64,000 bases of DNA from contig CAVQGX010000020.1 of the NCBI GenBank assembly GCA_963712115.1, positions 32,001-96,000 on the forward strand, given 5' to 3'. The position numbers were made by a program, and so were the translations under genes. Source of the stretch: an uncultured delta proteobacterium. Its GTDB lineage: Bacteria > Desulfobacterota > Syntrophobacteria > BM002. Below the pieces are notes generated by a model. That model made no database searches, had not been told where the DNA came from, and saw only the letters and a program-made list of their open reading frames with translations. Shown here one piece after another: positions 31,314 through 42,385 of the stretch. The first letter of the stretch is position 1. Every line of letters starts with the position of its first letter.

Positions 31314-32786
31314 TCAATCCAGCACAACCTTGATTGGCAACTCGCCAGCACTCCTCAAGCAATCATGTATCCAAGCAAATTCCTCCCTGAAAAGTTGGTA
31401 ATCTGCGGGGTTGGCATAGCGCCCCGGTCCGCTACTTATTAGGGGTACAATGTCGGTTCGCCATTGGTATCCCAATTTCTCGAAGAGCTGTCTTAAGAAT
31501 TGATTAAGTCTACGGGAGGAGTTCGAGCTGCCTGAGTTCTCCAAAAACCAGCGACGGGGCGTAAAATGATCGAGATGATTCAGGGCAAAGGAAATAGCCT
31601 CGGGTAGCTCTTGGTCAGTTACCGCCATCCCTGTCTGGGGATTGAAAATGGACAGGTTTGTCCCGGCCATGGAAGACGAGACCACGCAGGGCAAATCAGA
31701 GCGAAAGTATTCATAAATGCTTCGGCAGCCGTTTTCATTTAGCGATAAGTGAACCCCCATTTTACAACGACTGAGCTTTGTCGGCACATTTTCCCTGAGT
31801 AGATTTGCCATGACGGTTACCCGACCTTGGAGCCCTGCCCGCTTAACCTGTTTTCTAAAATGTTCAACCTTTGCTTTTTGCCCTCTTCCCAAAAAGAGCG
31901 CTCGTACGTCTTCGAGCAGATGATGATTGAGCAACTCTAACATCAATCCATGTCTTTTGCGCTCCATTTCGTCGAAAGTGGCATTGAAAACTATGTCGAA
32001 CTCCTTAACCCTAGACGGTTTCACTTCCAAACTCTCGGACATGTAATCTCCGTGAGCCAGACCGTAAGGCACGACATGGGATTGACTGCTAAGAAAACTA
32101 CTGTCTTCGGTAGAGTTGACCCCGAAGACAGCAGGATCTTCCAAGACAGAGAATTTCCGCAACCAGGTGTGGCGAAATACTACCCCCCAGGGAGGTTCCA
32201 CAATGAGTATGTATCTGCGGCTCAGTTGACGAAGATGTTGAAGGCTATCGAAGAGGTAAGGAATTGAAAAAATTCGAAGCACTCCCTTCTCGTTTTCTCC
32301 TCCAGGAGCCTTCAAAACCTGGCAGAAGTGTCGTACCTTGTATTTTTTTTGCCCCTTTTTTTGCAGTCTCTCCGATCCCTTCTTCCTTTCTTCAGCCAAA
32401 AAAGCTTTGACTTCCCCATCATCTGGGTAAAGTTTTTCAACCTTGAACAACCAGGCCCATTGGTTGGGAAAAGGTAAAAAGGAGAGGAAAAGAAGGGCTT
32501 GCTGTCGTAGGTGGCTTTTGTCTTCTCCCTCGGCTATTCTCCGAAATATGTCATACCTTTTTCTCAACCCCTCGTAAGGCCAGTTCAACCCTCTAGAAAC
32601 TTCCAAAAAAGGGCGCCCCCAGAAGAGCAGGTAGGAAATAGCAGAACGTACTTCTTGGCGAAGTCTCTTGAAAAAAAGATAGTCCTCGCTGGCAAAAAGA
32701 GTGGACGAGTCAATGAGAGCAAAAAATCTCTCCATTGTTTTGACAGATTCGGGACCGTTGTTTTGTTGAATCATTCCTGATTGCAC
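31314..32786 (-). CDS. Putative glycosyltransferase (GT-B/GT4-like C-terminal domain)
   Basis: FDIVFNA..RKRH, LFLGRG, GVHLSLNENGCRSIYEYFRSDLPCVVS resembling the GT4 E-x7-E region. Confidence 0.55.
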   Translation of the reverse strand: MQSGMIQQNNGPESVKTMERFFALIDSSTLFASEDYLFFKRLRQEVRSAISYLLFWGRPFLEVSRGLNWPYEGLRKRYDIFRRIAEGEDKSHLRQQALLFLSFLPFPNQWAWLFKVEKLYPDDGEVKAFLAEERKKGSERLQKKGQKKYKVRHFCQVLKAPGGENEKGVLRIFSIPYLFDSLQHLRQLSRRYILIVEPPWGVVFRHTWLRKFSVLEDPAVFGVNSTEDSSFLSSQSHVVPYGLAHGDYMSESLEVKPSRVKEFDIVFNATFDEMERKRHGLMLELLNHHLLEDVRALFLGRGQKAKVEHFRKQVKRAGLQGRVTVMANLLRENVPTKLSRCKMGVHLSLNENGCRSIYEYFRSDLPCVVSSSMAGTNLSIFNPQTGMAVTDQELPEAISFALNHLDHFTPRRWFLENSGSSNSSRRLNQFLRQLFEKLGYQWRTDIVPLISSGPGRYANPADYQLFREEFAWIHDCLRSAGELPIKVVLD

Positions 32787-32962
32787 TTTAGGCTCAACAT
32801 GGGGTCAGGTATAACTACTGTAATTGGCGTGAGGCACGGCCTTAAAAGGATAACCTGCTCTTTGGGGAGACAAATAATAGTACCTGGACCCATCTGGCTT
32901 TTCTGGATTTACTTGGTTTAGATGATGGAAAGAGCAGCTGAGTATAATATGGTTTCGGCGAG

Positions 32963-34366
32963 TTAAGATTTTCGCCTGCTCTTGCAAAGATATATTTTCC
33001 GACCGTTGGGCAGCACTTTCTCGCCAACGAAATCGAAAAAGTTGCCAAAACTATGTTTAAATAATTCAAGACTATAGGGTAGATGATCCCCACCTCTATG
33101 CAAGAGCATTTTTTTAACCATTGGGTCACCGGGAGGAACGAACTCCACAAGCAAGTGTTTTGATATACTACTAAACCATTTGGCAATCAAGGGAAGTGGC
33201 ACATAGGAAGAAAAAACAAGATGATGCAAGAGGGCCAGAGCTAGAGTTAGATCTGCAGGCCCCCGATCACGCAAACTCAAACGTTCCCGATTGTCCCAAC
33301 CAAGACCGGGCGAAGGATTGGCCAGGTTCATGGTCAAGGGCAGAATGGTTCCGGTTCCACCCTCTTTGAATATTTTTCGATAAAGAATTTCCGTACAGAC
33401 CGGGTCTCCGTCAATGCTCACCACGAGGGCTCCTTTGGAGGCCGCGAGCAAGGAAAATTCGCCGGTATTCGCACCTAAATCCCACACCATCTGAGGATTT
33501 AGTTCTGCGACAACCCTTTCGACGTAGTCAGATTTTTCAACAATGTCGTCGCTGCTATATGACCTTATATCAGTGTATTTTTCCCAAACTCCATATTTTC
33601 CCTTCCCCCTGATTTTATCGATAGTGCGCCGTAGAGAGCGGACTAGCCCGATTAAGCTGCGGTCACCCACCTTGGGCTTCTTCTGCGGTTTGAGCTTGCC
33701 ACCGTCTCTAGCGCGATCTGCCTGGGTCTGCATGCGAGCATGGAGGGTAAGATGCATGAAAAGCCCTGGTTTATATCGCCGCCAAAAAGGTAGCATACTG
33801 GTTGCCAGATCAAGTGGGTATCCATCTGAGTATTGTCGCCAAAGTGAAAGAGTGCGGATATCAACGTAGGCAGCTAAAGCGATGGGAGCAAGAAAGTGGG
33901 AGCAGAACTGTCCATAGGCAACCCAAGGACTGTCCGGCAGCCTCTGTCCCAGTGATAGGGTGTCTATTAGGCGGAGTCGCCGGCCGTCATATTGGACATT
34001 AAAAGCGCTGGCATCGCGCAGCCAAAAACCCTCAGGTATTAATAATTCCATGGCCTGGAGGTGAATGATAGCAGCATCTTTGAGCATGGAAAGTGGCCAT
34101 TCCCAAGGGTAGCTGATCATTGGTATTCGGGGGTGGTTCAGACAATAGACAGTTCCTTCGGGAGCACTTTCGGGAATCTCGGTCTCTTGGTGGGGAAACA
34201 AGAGGCCCGCCTTGATGAGCTTGTCATAAATACCAGCATCCCTTAATGCCAAAAAATCGTGCACTCCAGGCGAAAAGACCGTTCTTCGCTGTCTATCTGA
34301 GAAAAACGCTGCAAACTTTACATAGATTGTTGCCCCTGTCAACTGACACCATAGCTCCAAATCCAC
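32963..34366 (-). CDS. SAM-dependent methyltransferase, NoeA-like (start uncertain, N-terminus possibly eroded)
   Basis: ISYPWEW, LRDASAFNVQ, W.AYGQFC.HFLAP, VWDLGANTGEFS, NPSPGLGW...ER, LALALLHHL, LLVEFV. Confidence 0.7.
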   Translation of the reverse strand: MDLELWCQLTGATIYVKFAAFFSDRQRRTVFSPGVHDFLALRDAGIYDKLIKAGLLFPHQETEIPESAPEGTVYCLNHPRIPMISYPWEWPLSMLKDAAIIHLQAMELLIPEGFWLRDASAFNVQYDGRRLRLIDTLSLGQRLPDSPWVAYGQFCSHFLAPIALAAYVDIRTLSLWRQYSDGYPLDLATSMLPFWRRYKPGLFMHLTLHARMQTQADRARDGGKLKPQKKPKVGDRSLIGLVRSLRRTIDKIRGKGKYGVWEKYTDIRSYSSDDIVEKSDYVERVVAELNPQMVWDLGANTGEFSLLAASKGALVVSIDGDPVCTEILYRKIFKEGGTGTILPLTMNLANPSPGLGWDNRERLSLRDRGPADLTLALALLHHLVFSSYVPLPLIAKWFSSISKHLLVEFVPPGDPMVKKMLLHRGGDHLPYSLELFKHSFGNFFDFVGEKVLPNGRKIYLCKSRRKS

Positions 34367-36487
34367 CGTCTAATTCACTTATCAGCACTAAAACCAGCGG
34401 CTTACGGAATATCATCACAAGGTATTGATGCAAGCGCGCGGTCGACAGCAATCGTCTACCGCAATTGGCCGCTCTGAAAACATTCTCTGGTAACAAGAGA
34501 GTCCAATCTTGAAACGTCCCAGATTTTAACTCCCACTGGCCAACCTCTTCGCCATTGACCTCAATCAGCACCCGCTGTTTCGGCAATTTCCCAGATGCTA
34601 AAAAAGCCATGAGGTTAACTTTCAGGACCACAGCTGACGGTACTCCGGCAATTGGTATGGTCAATGAGGCACTCTTGCCATCGGTCCAGGTAAAGCCGTC
34701 TTCAGGTAAACTCCAACCATGGGTCTGATAAGGTTGAGCATTACCCATGAAGCCAAATTCAATTTTTCCACCCCAACTGTAGAGTTCGGCAGTCAAATGT
34801 CTTACGGGAAAGTGGGGTCATTCATGCCAGGATTGAAAACTCATAAGCACTGCCAACCACCATGAACACCCGGTCATACACCTTTCCCTATTTGCGGTTG
34901 GATCAAGGGCAAGAGCTGAAATTCCGTCGGTGTGATTCTCCAGCCCTGCCGCTTCCAGTCTGGTTGCTGCCACGTCGGTAACATTACTTTTTGCCAAACA
35001 GAGATGCAGAGGGCCCCTGCTATTTTGTGGTTTGATGCAGAGAAGAGCTACTGCTCTGCCTAAAAGGTGGGGATTTATCGTCTTAGGATTGATATTAGTC
35101 ACCGGTTTATCCACCGTGGCAATGGGAAATCCAGCCCCGTGATCGGCCTGAAGAACGACGAAAGAAGAGTCATAAATATTAAGAGTCTTGAGCTTGTCCA
35201 GCAGACGAATAAATAGCTTAAGAATACATTTAGTTTCATTTTTATAATGATTTCTAGTAGCCGACAAAATTTTACCAGCACATTCACAATTATCCTTAGT
35301 GACGTAAGCTGGATGTGGTGGCATTAAGTGAATTAAATGATAAGATTTATGTAAGCTATTTAAATTTATGTGATCAATGTAGTCAACAAAGAAAGATTTA
35401 TGATGAAAGTTGCCAACTGCAGTCTGCGGAGAAAAGATAGGGAAGATACTCCAGTTTTGAAAGTTATAAACAAATTTTTTTAAAAAATGAGGCAGATGTC
35501 GAGATATATAAATCCATCAAGGAAAAGCGGCCTCGCTCATTCTGGACACATCATTGGACGGTCCACATACAATTCGGATTCTGTAATAATTAGTGGCATA
35601 CTTGGCACGTAACTCTATGCTGGGAACTAGATTTATTTTCTAGCTGCTTGGGACAAGCTTTTGAGAAAGGATTTTTCTGTTAATGCTTCCTGGACATAAG
35701 AACTTAGTAAGACATTATCTTGATAAGATTTACCGCTGAATATAGCTGGGATGGAAAACGTCGTGGTGCTGGAAACGGTTAAATTTTCTTTGAATAGAAC
35801 AAAACCATCCAGAGAGGTTTCCATCTTGTTTTCTCTAACGACTTCTTCAAAAACATCTGTTTGAAGACCGTCAAGTATAATGTGAATTATGTTAAGAGAT
35901 GAAGAATAGCTTACAAGATTTTCCAAAGAAGAAGATATATGTTTTGATTTAGGTACATAAGCTGAAGGTTTTGTAAAATAGCTAAAGAGGAAAAGTGTAG
36001 ATTGTAAAAATATAAGCATTAAAGAGATATACACGGCTCCTCGGTAAATTTTCCGGTTATATTTTGTAATTAATACTAAGAGCAGTAACCAAAGACTTAT
36101 ATCAACCCAACCCTGCCACTTATAGCCTTCCCATTTAATCAAGTTTCCATCGAGCACCCCATAGTCCCAAACTAAGAAATTACCCTGTAACCACAACAAT
36201 AATCCGAGAGCGAAAAGTATCGCCACGTATTTTGTTGTGAGCTTCCTTGGCAGAATAAAACTGAGCAACGTAAGGCCGAGGAAAGCCAGAACAAACGGTT
36301 TGCTGTAAAGCTGAAGTATTTCGACAAAGGTGGTGGAAAACTCCGAAGTGTTCCCTCTAAAGATGGTTGCCGGGCCGAAGAGAAAAAGGTTTCCCAATAC
36401 CAGGAGGGTTGGCGGCAATCCATAGACTATATAAACTTTCGCGGAGTTCCAGCTATTGTTCTGTTGTTCGTCTTTCACCTTCACCAA
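34293..36487 (-). pseudogene. Fragmented membrane-anchored sulfatase/LTA-synthase-like transferase
   Basis: TM N-terminus plus IIHIILDGLQ (35633..36487); RHLPHFLKKFVYN...HLMPPHPAYV and VVLQADHG (34818..~35500); C-terminal GWSLPEDGFTWTDGK domain (34293..34796). The pieces are collinear but separated by stops and frameshifts in AT-rich DNA. Confidence 0.65.
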
Positions 36488-36655
36488 ACCTGTTTTTTTC
36501 GATCATCCCTACCGCTGATCAGTTCAAGATCCATGCCAGAAATTCTGAAATGCAGGTCGGTCTCATGACTAATATACAAGAGCCTTGTGAAGGATCAAAT
36601 CGTTTTTGAATTTCTGACTAGGTAAGGAGCTTCCTCTGGCATGGGTAAATAATTC

Positions 36656-36698
36656 TTGACACAATAGCCCAACCCACCTATGATGACCACCCGGTCAT
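36656..36698 (+). promoter_or_regulatory. sigma70 promoter with overlapping palindromic operator
   Basis: TTGACA (36656-61)-17 nt-TATGAT (36679-84), overlapped by ATGACC-ACCC-GGTCAT (36683-98), directly upstream of a TetR gene. Confidence 0.7.
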
Positions 36699-36735
36699 TT
36701 TTCTATCTAAGAACAAGAAACACATTTCAAACAAA

Positions 36736-37395
36736 ATGGAACATAATACATTCGCTCGGCCAACCTTTGCCAAACTCCCCTCTGAAAAGCAGGAAAGGGT
36801 TTTGGATGCTGCCATTGAGGAGTTCTCCCGTTGGGGCTATGACAAGGCTAGCATCAACCGGATGGTTGGACGGCTCGGCATTGCTAAGGGCTCTATTTTC
36901 CAATACTTTGGTAGCAAGAAGAATCTCTATTTTCACATTTTTGAATATGCTGTGGCGCTGGTGAGGCGAAGCCTCAAAGGGGTTAAAGCCGAGACAGAGG
37001 GAGAGGATTTCTTTATCCGTCTTTCCAAGTCATTGCGGGCCGGCATCTATTTCATCCAGCGGTATCCCAGGATCTATCAAATCTACCTCAAAATGCTCTT
37101 CCAGGAGGATTTTCCTTTTAGAGCAGACCTGCTCAGAACTATCCGCTTATTCTCAATGGACTACCTGAGACCAATAGTGGAGGAGGGGATAAAAAGGGGA
37201 GAGCTCCGACAGGATCTCGATCCGGAAGTAGCGGCCTTTTTTCTGGACGCAGTGCTGGATCGGTTTCTTCAGGCCTACTGCATTGCTTATATGGATTCAG
37301 GCTTGGGACTTTTCCAGGCGAATGAAGAAGTTATCCAAGGAAGAATGGAGGATTGCGTCAACATAGTGCGGTTGGGAATGGCCACTTCAGCGTAA
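36736..37395 (+). CDS. TetR/AcrR family transcriptional regulator
   Basis: VLDAAIEEFSRWGYDKASINRMVGRLGIAKGSIFQYFGSKKNLY HTH. Confidence 0.93.
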   Translation: MEHNTFARPTFAKLPSEKQERVLDAAIEEFSRWGYDKASINRMVGRLGIAKGSIFQYFGSKKNLYFHIFEYAVALVRRSLKGVKAETEGEDFFIRLSKSLRAGIYFIQRYPRIYQIYLKMLFQEDFPFRADLLRTIRLFSMDYLRPIVEEGIKRGELRQDLDPEVAAFFLDAVLDRFLQAYCIAYMDSGLGLFQANEEVIQGRMEDCVNIVRLGMATSA

Positions 37396-37417
37396 ACGCA
37401 GGTACCGGAGATGCCAG

Positions 37418-37511
37418 ACCACAAAGGTCACGAAGAACACAAAGAAAATATTCGCTGAACTATATAAAACGCCGTTTGTGCTCTTTGATGACTCTATGCG
37501 TTCCGCATGGT
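37418..37511. repeat. Inverted ~9-nt repeat element (accacaaaggtcacgaagaacacaaag ... ttgtgctctttg...tggt)
   Basis: Related left arms at 52739 and ~61745. Confidence 0.55.
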
Positions 37512-37597
37512 GAAAGGACAGTTTCCATGGCTTCAATCAGAACAAGGATAAAGGCTTTTACCTACTTCGTCGCAACCGATGGGCGAAAAGAAGCGAG

Positions 37598-38734
37598 TTG
37601 GCAGATATCTATGAAAAAGTCGTTGCCGGGCAAAGACTCTCACGGGAAGACGGTCTGAGACTCTTTAAGTCTCAGGACCTTCTTACCATTGGGTTTTTGG
37701 CTAATTTAGTTCGGGAGAGACTCCACGGTCAGAAAACCTATTGGGTCTATAACCAGCATATCAACTACAGCAACATCTGCACCAATGGCTGCAGGTTTTG
37801 CGCCTTTAGCAGGCGTCTAGGTGAGGAAGGAGGGTACGCTCTGACAGTGGACCAGATGGCGCATAAAGTGCGAGAGCGCTTGCAAGAGCCCATAACAGAG
37901 ATTCATGTGGTTGGTGGATGCCATCCTGATCTTCCCTTCTCCTACTATCTGGACCTTGTCAGGACGATCAAAGAAATGAGGCCGGAGGTCACGGTCAAAG
38001 CCTTCACCACTGTGGAGGTTGCCCACCTGGCTGGAAATGAAGGGTTGGCTATTTCCGAGGTATTGCTGGCCCTCAAGGAAGCTGGAGTTGAGGCCTTGCC
38101 CGGTGGGGGGGCTGAGGTGTTCAGTAATCGGGTGCGGCAGCTTCTTTGCCCAGAAAAGCTGAGCAGTAACGGCTGGCTCGAGGTGGCCAAAGAGGCTCAT
38201 CAGTTGGGAATGCGCTCCAATGCCACTCTTTTGTATGGCCATTTGGAGACTGCGGCTGAGCGGGTTGATCACCTGTTGGCTCTGAGAAAGGCTCAAGACG
38301 AAACTGGCGGTTTTATAACCTTCATCCCCCTGGCATTTCAGTCAGCCAACACTGGAATTGCGGCCTTGCAGCAGAGAACCGGCTATACTGACCTGAAAAC
38401 TATTGCAGTATCTCGCCTTCTACTGGACAACTTCGCCCATATCAAGGCTTACTGGATCATGCTCGGGGTAAAAATTGCCCAGACCGCTCTCTATTTTGGG
38501 GCAGATGATCTGGACGGCACCGTCATGGAGGAACGCATCGGGCACATGGCTGGGGCTTCTAGCGCTGAAGCGCTTACACCTGAGGAGTTGGAGACCTTGA
38601 TCCGCGCTGCAGGACACGAGCCAGTGCAGCGAGATACTTTTTTCCGAGCCGTTGCTGCATGGGATGAATCGGTGATGGCGGAGAGACGGGGAGAAGATAT
38701 CTTGAACCGCAGAATATCGAACAAGGAATTTTGA
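37598..38734 (+). CDS. mqnE: Aminofutalosine synthase (radical SAM)
   Basis: HINYSNICTNGCRFCAF, EIHVVGG.HPDL, PGGGAEVF, SNATLLYGH, HIKAYW, GADDLDGTV.EE.I.H.AGA. Confidence 0.9.
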   Translation: MADIYEKVVAGQRLSREDGLRLFKSQDLLTIGFLANLVRERLHGQKTYWVYNQHINYSNICTNGCRFCAFSRRLGEEGGYALTVDQMAHKVRERLQEPITEIHVVGGCHPDLPFSYYLDLVRTIKEMRPEVTVKAFTTVEVAHLAGNEGLAISEVLLALKEAGVEALPGGGAEVFSNRVRQLLCPEKLSSNGWLEVAKEAHQLGMRSNATLLYGHLETAAERVDHLLALRKAQDETGGFITFIPLAFQSANTGIAALQQRTGYTDLKTIAVSRLLLDNFAHIKAYWIMLGVKIAQTALYFGADDLDGTVMEERIGHMAGASSAEALTPEELETLIRAAGHEPVQRDTFFRAVAAWDESVMAERRGEDILNRRISNKEF

Positions 38735-38790
38735 ATATCGAAGTGATCATTCTACATTTCTGCGGTTTTTTGTTCTGCGGTTCGACATTC
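38705..38790. repeat. Inverted repeat element (aaccgcagaatatcgaacaaggaa ... ttctgcggttcgacattc) overlapping the mqnE stop
   Basis: Second copy at 50559-50682. Confidence 0.7.
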
Positions 38791-38845
38791 AATATTCTGG
38801 CTTTGCCGGATTAGGTGGTCCGGATAGTTCTTCTAGAGCTCTGGA

Positions 38846-39922
38846 ATGGATGAAGTGTTGGATACTATAGCCGAAAAAGCTTGGAACGGTGAAAGGCTGA
38901 CGAAAAAAGAGGCCCTCATCCTCTGGGAAAGAGCGGATTTTTATACCCTGGCCACCCTCGCCCACCACCGTCGCCTGACCCTGCATCCCGAGCCCATTGT
39001 AACTTACGTGATAGATCGCAATATCAATTACACCAACATCTGCGTCTCCGGCTGCCGTTTCTGTGCCTTTTATCGTTCCCCTGGAGCAGAGGACGGCTAT
39101 GTGCTCAGTCAAGGGGAACTGGCAAGTAAAATCGAAGAAACTCTATCCCTTGGCGGGACCCAAATCCTGTTGCAGGGTGGTATGCATCCGGACTTGGGCT
39201 TGAGATTCTATGAGGACATGCTGCGATTTATTAAAGAGCGCTTTTCCATTCATATTCATGCCTTTTCGCCACCTGAGATAGTCCACCTGGCGCGCATAGA
39301 AAATTTGGAAGTGGAAGAGGTTTTGCGCAGGCTCCGGCAGAGTGGTCTCGATTCAATTCCGGGAGGGGGCGCAGAGATCCTGGTGGCTGAGGTCCGCAGC
39401 AAGCTTTCTCCAAAGAAATGCAGCAGCAGCGAGTGGTTGGCAGTGATGGAAACCGCTCACACCCTCGGCATGAGAACCACCGCGACCATGATGTTTGGAC
39501 ACATAGAGACCCTTGAGCAGCGTTTGGAGCATCTCCTGAAACTTCGAGAACTCCAAGACCGAACTACCGGTTTCACCGCTTTTATTCCCTGGACTTTTCA
39601 ACCGGATAATACTGGACTCAAGACAAAACCAGCCACAGCTGTGGATTACTTGAGGACCTTGGCCATGAGCCGTTTGGTGCTTGATAACATTCGCAACCTT
39701 CAGGTCTCATGGGTAACCATGGGGTCAGGGGTGGCCCAGGTAGCTTTGCAGTTCGGTGCCAACGACTTTGGCAGCACCATGATCGAGGAAAATGTAGTGG
39801 CAGCTGCAGGAGTAAGACACCGGCTGTCAGTTGAACAAATAAGAGAGATCATTGTGGATGGAGGTTACGAGCCAAGACAGCGCACCATGAGCTATGAGCT
39901 CATTGAAGAGCATAGAGCATAG
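38846..39922 (+). CDS. mqnC: Cyclic dehypoxanthine futalosine synthase (radical SAM)
   Basis: VTYVIDRNINYTNICVSGCRFCAFYR, LLQGG.HP, TTATMMFGH, AFIPWTFQ, GANDFGSTMIEENVV.AAG. Confidence 0.93.
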   Translation: MDEVLDTIAEKAWNGERLTKKEALILWERADFYTLATLAHHRRLTLHPEPIVTYVIDRNINYTNICVSGCRFCAFYRSPGAEDGYVLSQGELASKIEETLSLGGTQILLQGGMHPDLGLRFYEDMLRFIKERFSIHIHAFSPPEIVHLARIENLEVEEVLRRLRQSGLDSIPGGGAEILVAEVRSKLSPKKCSSSEWLAVMETAHTLGMRTTATMMFGHIETLEQRLEHLLKLRELQDRTTGFTAFIPWTFQPDNTGLKTKPATAVDYLRTLAMSRLVLDNIRNLQVSWVTMGSGVAQVALQFGANDFGSTMIEENVVAAAGVRHRLSVEQIREIIVDGGYEPRQRTMSYELIEEHRA

Positions 39923-40030
39923 CGTCAAGTTCAAAGTTTCAAGTATCAAAATGCGCCTGAGATTAGTCAAAAAAACTTTGAACTTTGAACATGGAACTTT
40001 GAACCTTATCCTGCTGACAGCTGCCTGCTG
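39908..40030. repeat. Stacked heptamer elements (gagcatagagcatagcg; gttcaaagtttcaag ... actttgaactttgaacatggaactttgaac; ctgctgacagctgcctgctg)
   Basis: Three families in one spacer; the first supplies the mqnC stop codon. Confidence 0.65.
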
Positions 40031-40082
40031 TCAAGCAGGAGTAGCCTCGCGGCTGTGAGATACTGAGAAACGATAAAGAAGT

Positions 40083-41348
40083 ATGGCCAGAAAACAGATA
40101 AACCTCTATTCTCCCCGTCCCCGCGGCCCCGTGTCTCCGCCTCGGCGTGATTCCCGTCCTATTCTCCACCGGGCCCGCCTGGTCGTTCCCATAACCCAGC
40201 CGGCCATCGAAGATGGCGCAGTGGTTGTTGCCGATGACACGATCCTGGACGTGGGACCCTTTCCGCTCCTCCGCCGCCAATGGCCTGAGGCTCCGGCCCG
40301 GGACCATGATGAGACTGCCTTGCTTCCCGCCTTGGTAAACGGTCACGCCCATCTGGATCTGAGCGCTCTAGCCGGGCAGGTTCAACCAAAGGGAAGTATG
40401 GCTGAGTGGATCAGAAGTCTTCTGGCGACTAAGGAGAAGTTCGATGAGGAGCATCTGGAAAAGGCAAGAGTACTGGCGCTGGATTCTATTCGTACTTTTG
40501 GCACGGGGATCGTGGGAGACATCAATTCCTCAGGGAGTTTTTCAAGAGGGCAGCCCAATGAAGGGGTGATTACTCAAACATTTGTGGAGGTCTTTGGCCT
40601 TCACACCCAAAGCCTGGAAGTAGCTATTGATCAACTTCCTCCAGCCGCCCGCAAGGTCCTGACAGATAATCAAGAGAGCGTCAGTCTGGCGGCCCATGCA
40701 CCCTATACGACCTCGGCAACACTCCTCAGACAAGTAAAAGAGTGGGGTACGGCAAGGGCCAAGATCATTTCAGTACATGCTGCAGAATCTGAGGAGGAGA
40801 TCCATTTTCTCCATTCCGGCCAGGGTCCTCTCCGGGATCTCTTGGAGGAACGGGGGCACGAACCTGATAGGTGGGAGGTCCCTGGCTGTGGCACGGTCAC
40901 TTACCTGGACCGGCTGGGCTTTCTAGATCCACTCACCCTTTGTGTCCATGCTGTCCAGCTGAGCAGGGAGGAAGTGCAAATCTTGCAGCGGTCCGGGGCA
41001 GGAGTCTGCCTCTGTCCGCGAAGCAATCTCTTCATTGGTCATGGTCTGCCACCGGTAAAGCAGCTTTTGGAGGCGCAAATTTCCTGTTCTATCGGCACTG
41101 ACAGTCTGGCAAGCAACGCCGACCTTAACCTGTTTGAGGAGATGGCTGTCCTAATGGAGGAATGTTCGATTAGCCCTGATGTTGTGCTTACCATGGCCAC
41201 TTTGAATGGCGCTTGCAATCTAGGGATGGCATCCCGCTATGGCAGTTTGGAAAAGGGCAAACGCTGGTTGGCCATCCGAGTCGTAGCCATAGATAGCGAA
41301 GGTATTGTTGCAGCTGGGTGTCAAGGAGATTTAGAATGGGTGAGCTAA
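40083..41348 (+). CDS. Amidohydrolase, likely aminodeoxyfutalosine deaminase
   Basis: PALVNGHAHLDLS, AAHAPYT, VHAAES, HAV, CPRSN, GTDSLASN; located inside the mqn cluster. Confidence 0.8.
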   Translation: MARKQINLYSPRPRGPVSPPRRDSRPILHRARLVVPITQPAIEDGAVVVADDTILDVGPFPLLRRQWPEAPARDHDETALLPALVNGHAHLDLSALAGQVQPKGSMAEWIRSLLATKEKFDEEHLEKARVLALDSIRTFGTGIVGDINSSGSFSRGQPNEGVITQTFVEVFGLHTQSLEVAIDQLPPAARKVLTDNQESVSLAAHAPYTTSATLLRQVKEWGTARAKIISVHAAESEEEIHFLHSGQGPLRDLLEERGHEPDRWEVPGCGTVTYLDRLGFLDPLTLCVHAVQLSREEVQILQRSGAGVCLCPRSNLFIGHGLPPVKQLLEAQISCSIGTDSLASNADLNLFEEMAVLMEECSISPDVVLTMATLNGACNLGMASRYGSLEKGKRWLAIRVVAIDSEGIVAAGCQGDLEWVS

Positions 41349-42310
41349 AATTCGCTGAGAGTCTTAGGGTGGGCAAAGTCAATTTTATCAATACACTGCC
41401 TGTTTTTTATCCTCTGGAAAGCGGCGCCATAGAGCATGATTTCGAAATAATCGCTGACACTCCTGCTGGCCTTAATTCTTTGTTGGCTTCCGACCAAATC
41501 GATCTGGGAGTAGTCTCGTCAATAGAGTATGGACGCAATTTCGATAAGTATTTGTTGTTGCCGGATCTTTCCATAAGCTGCAAAAGCCGTGTCTGTTCGG
41601 TATTGCTTCTTTCCACTGTACCGCTTGAGCAACTGCGTGACCAAGAAATTCTGCTCACCCCCAAATCACACACCTCCATAGCCTTGCTAAAGTTACTGTT
41701 CTCCCGAAGGTTTGAGATAACATCACATTATCGGCTCACGGATTATCATATGGATGGCTCACCCTGGCCGGACGGTGCAAAAGCGGTTTTGGCCATTGGC
41801 GATGATGCTTTGCGACTACAGAAGAGTCCGGTTGTCACTCTAGCGTTGGATTTGGGCGCAGCCTGGTATGAGTGGACAGGACATCCATTTGTCTTTGCAG
41901 TCTGGGCCTTACGTTGCGGGAGCCTGGCTCAGAGAGACGGACAGGTGCATCAGGCCCATGCAACGTTACTGGAAGCGAGAGATTACGGACTCAATCACCT
42001 GGAGGAGATCGCTAAGGCCGTGGACCAGTGTTCCTGGTTTTCCAGACAAGAGTGCTTGCAATATCTGCAGACCATAGAATACGATCTCGATAGTGATAAA
42101 CAGGCCGGTCTTAGGCTTTTTTTCGACATGCTTTACGAAACAGGCGAGTTGAGCAGGCGGGTACCCCTCAATTTTTTGCCAGCATGCACAGAGAGTACAG
42201 AAGTGAGGCGTGGTTCAGGTTTCAGCAGCGAGAAAAACAGAAAGGTGAAACGTACTGAAGACAGAATATCGTATTTCTTAGTGCTAATTGGAATTTTTGG
42301 TTACTACTAG
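41336..42310 (+). CDS. mqnA: Chorismate dehydratase
   Basis: RVGKVNFINTLP, SSIEY, V.SVLL.S, S.TS..L, LAIGDDAL, DLG..W...TG.PFVFAVW. Confidence 0.9.
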   Translation: MGELKFAESLRVGKVNFINTLPVFYPLESGAIEHDFEIIADTPAGLNSLLASDQIDLGVVSSIEYGRNFDKYLLLPDLSISCKSRVCSVLLLSTVPLEQLRDQEILLTPKSHTSIALLKLLFSRRFEITSHYRLTDYHMDGSPWPDGAKAVLAIGDDALRLQKSPVVTLALDLGAAWYEWTGHPFVFAVWALRCGSLAQRDGQVHQAHATLLEARDYGLNHLEEIAKAVDQCSWFSRQECLQYLQTIEYDLDSDKQAGLRLFFDMLYETGELSRRVPLNFLPACTESTEVRRGSGFSSEKNRKVKRTEDRISYFLVLIGIFGYY

Positions 42311-42385
42311 CACTACCGATTACTGCCAGGCGTGTACCGCGAACAGGCAGTCAACGGACCACGGACATCTCCGGATTGGATCATA

